A stretch of DNA of 64,000 bases from Escherichia phage ph0011, in the sequence record OP557969.1; one strand, 5' to 3'. Both the position numbers and the translations under genes were made by a program. Positions 63,754 to 64,000 of the stretch are shown one piece after another. How positions within the stretch are numbered: the stretch's first letter is position 1; every line of letters starts with the position of its first letter. The notes beneath the pieces were generated by a model that saw only the letters and a list, made by a program, of their open reading frames with translations, ran no database searches and had not been told where the DNA came from.

Positions 63754-64000
63754 TGTGATTAATCTTACTGGATATTTTTTACAAGAATCAATGATTAAAT
63801 TTAGTGAACACTTTCCAGTACTGGATGGTATAGAAATGTGGCATGTTAAGCCACTTTTCAACTCTTTCAGTAAAGAGCACAAAATGTTATTGACAGAAGC
63901 GAGTAAATCTAATAACATATGTGAAATCAAGATTGGTGTGAATGTCTATAAAGGGTTGGTAATCTTTTTTGACAATAACAGCAATTATTTTTATATTGTT
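63746..64000 (+). CDS. hypothetical protein, 3'-truncated by window end
   Basis: ATG overlapping upstream stop; open frame to window end (MCDVINLTGYF...). Confidence 0.4.
   Translation, partial: MCDVINLTGYFLQESMIKFSEHFPVLDGIEMWHVKPLFNSFSKEHKMLLTEASKSNNICEIKIGVNVYKGLVIFFDNNSNYFYIV

Noticed and set aside
319-63930. All minus-strand ORFs in the six-frame track (for example 319..504, 717..971, 11285..11614, 13010..13285, 16161..16571, 21941..22215, 23140..23566, 36788..37072, 54714..54983, 63742..63930)
   Set aside because: Each lies antisense to a better-supported + strand gene or across promoter and hairpin sequence, none has an RBS, and every signal-supported gene in the window is on the + strand.
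1-64000. Integrase, transposase, IS element or prophage att site
   Set aside because: No recombinase-like ORF or terminal inverted repeats recognised; the dispersed repeats are promoter cassettes and short regulatory elements, not IS-sized units.

Overview
The window reads as a phage-like, single-orientation region: every credible gene is on the + strand. It has four parts. (1) Bases 1-3082: a small-ORF cluster ending in a tight tandem array of about 10 paralogous 60-69 aa mini-proteins (FamA; N-terminal KEYYT/KEFY, C-terminal L-x-F-x-Y). (2) Bases 3083-5018: a 1.9 kb non-coding hub with direct repeats, hairpin clusters, a GGCTA iteron-like array and at least one sigma70-type promoter. (3) Bases 5019-24540: about 55 small genes (29-203 aa), most with their own cassette of sigma70-like promoter (AGTACTTGCAA/TTGACA, then TGTATAAT), a G/C-clamped palindromic hairpin at the transcript 5' end, and a strong RBS. 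This resembles the promoter-early stem-loop (PeSL) cassettes described for hyperplastic regions of T4-type phages. Recognisable products there are a TraR/DksA-type C4 zinc finger, a minimal protein-kinase-like protein, a probable GNAT acetyltransferase and a signal-peptide protein. (4) Bases 24757-58122: two very large, translationally coupled paralog arrays, about 30 copies of a roughly 70 aa FamB (L-G-T-N-Y-Q-E motif) and about 45 copies of a 100-200 aa FamC (acidic-x-x-[YFL]-F-Q-x-S-[LT]-[IV] motif), with FamB members interleaved inside the FamC array. The window ends with larger unique genes, including a phage Dam-type N6-adenine methyltransferase and an HxGH nucleotidyltransferase (NMNAT/PPAT-like). 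The palindrome AGTACT/CAGTACTG looks strongly over-represented throughout. No tRNA, rRNA, CRISPR array or integrase/transposase was recognised. All coordinates were hand-read and may be off by 1-2 nt; promoter, hairpin and sub-60-aa ORF positions are the least certain. I could not run any searches, so family and host assignments are inference.
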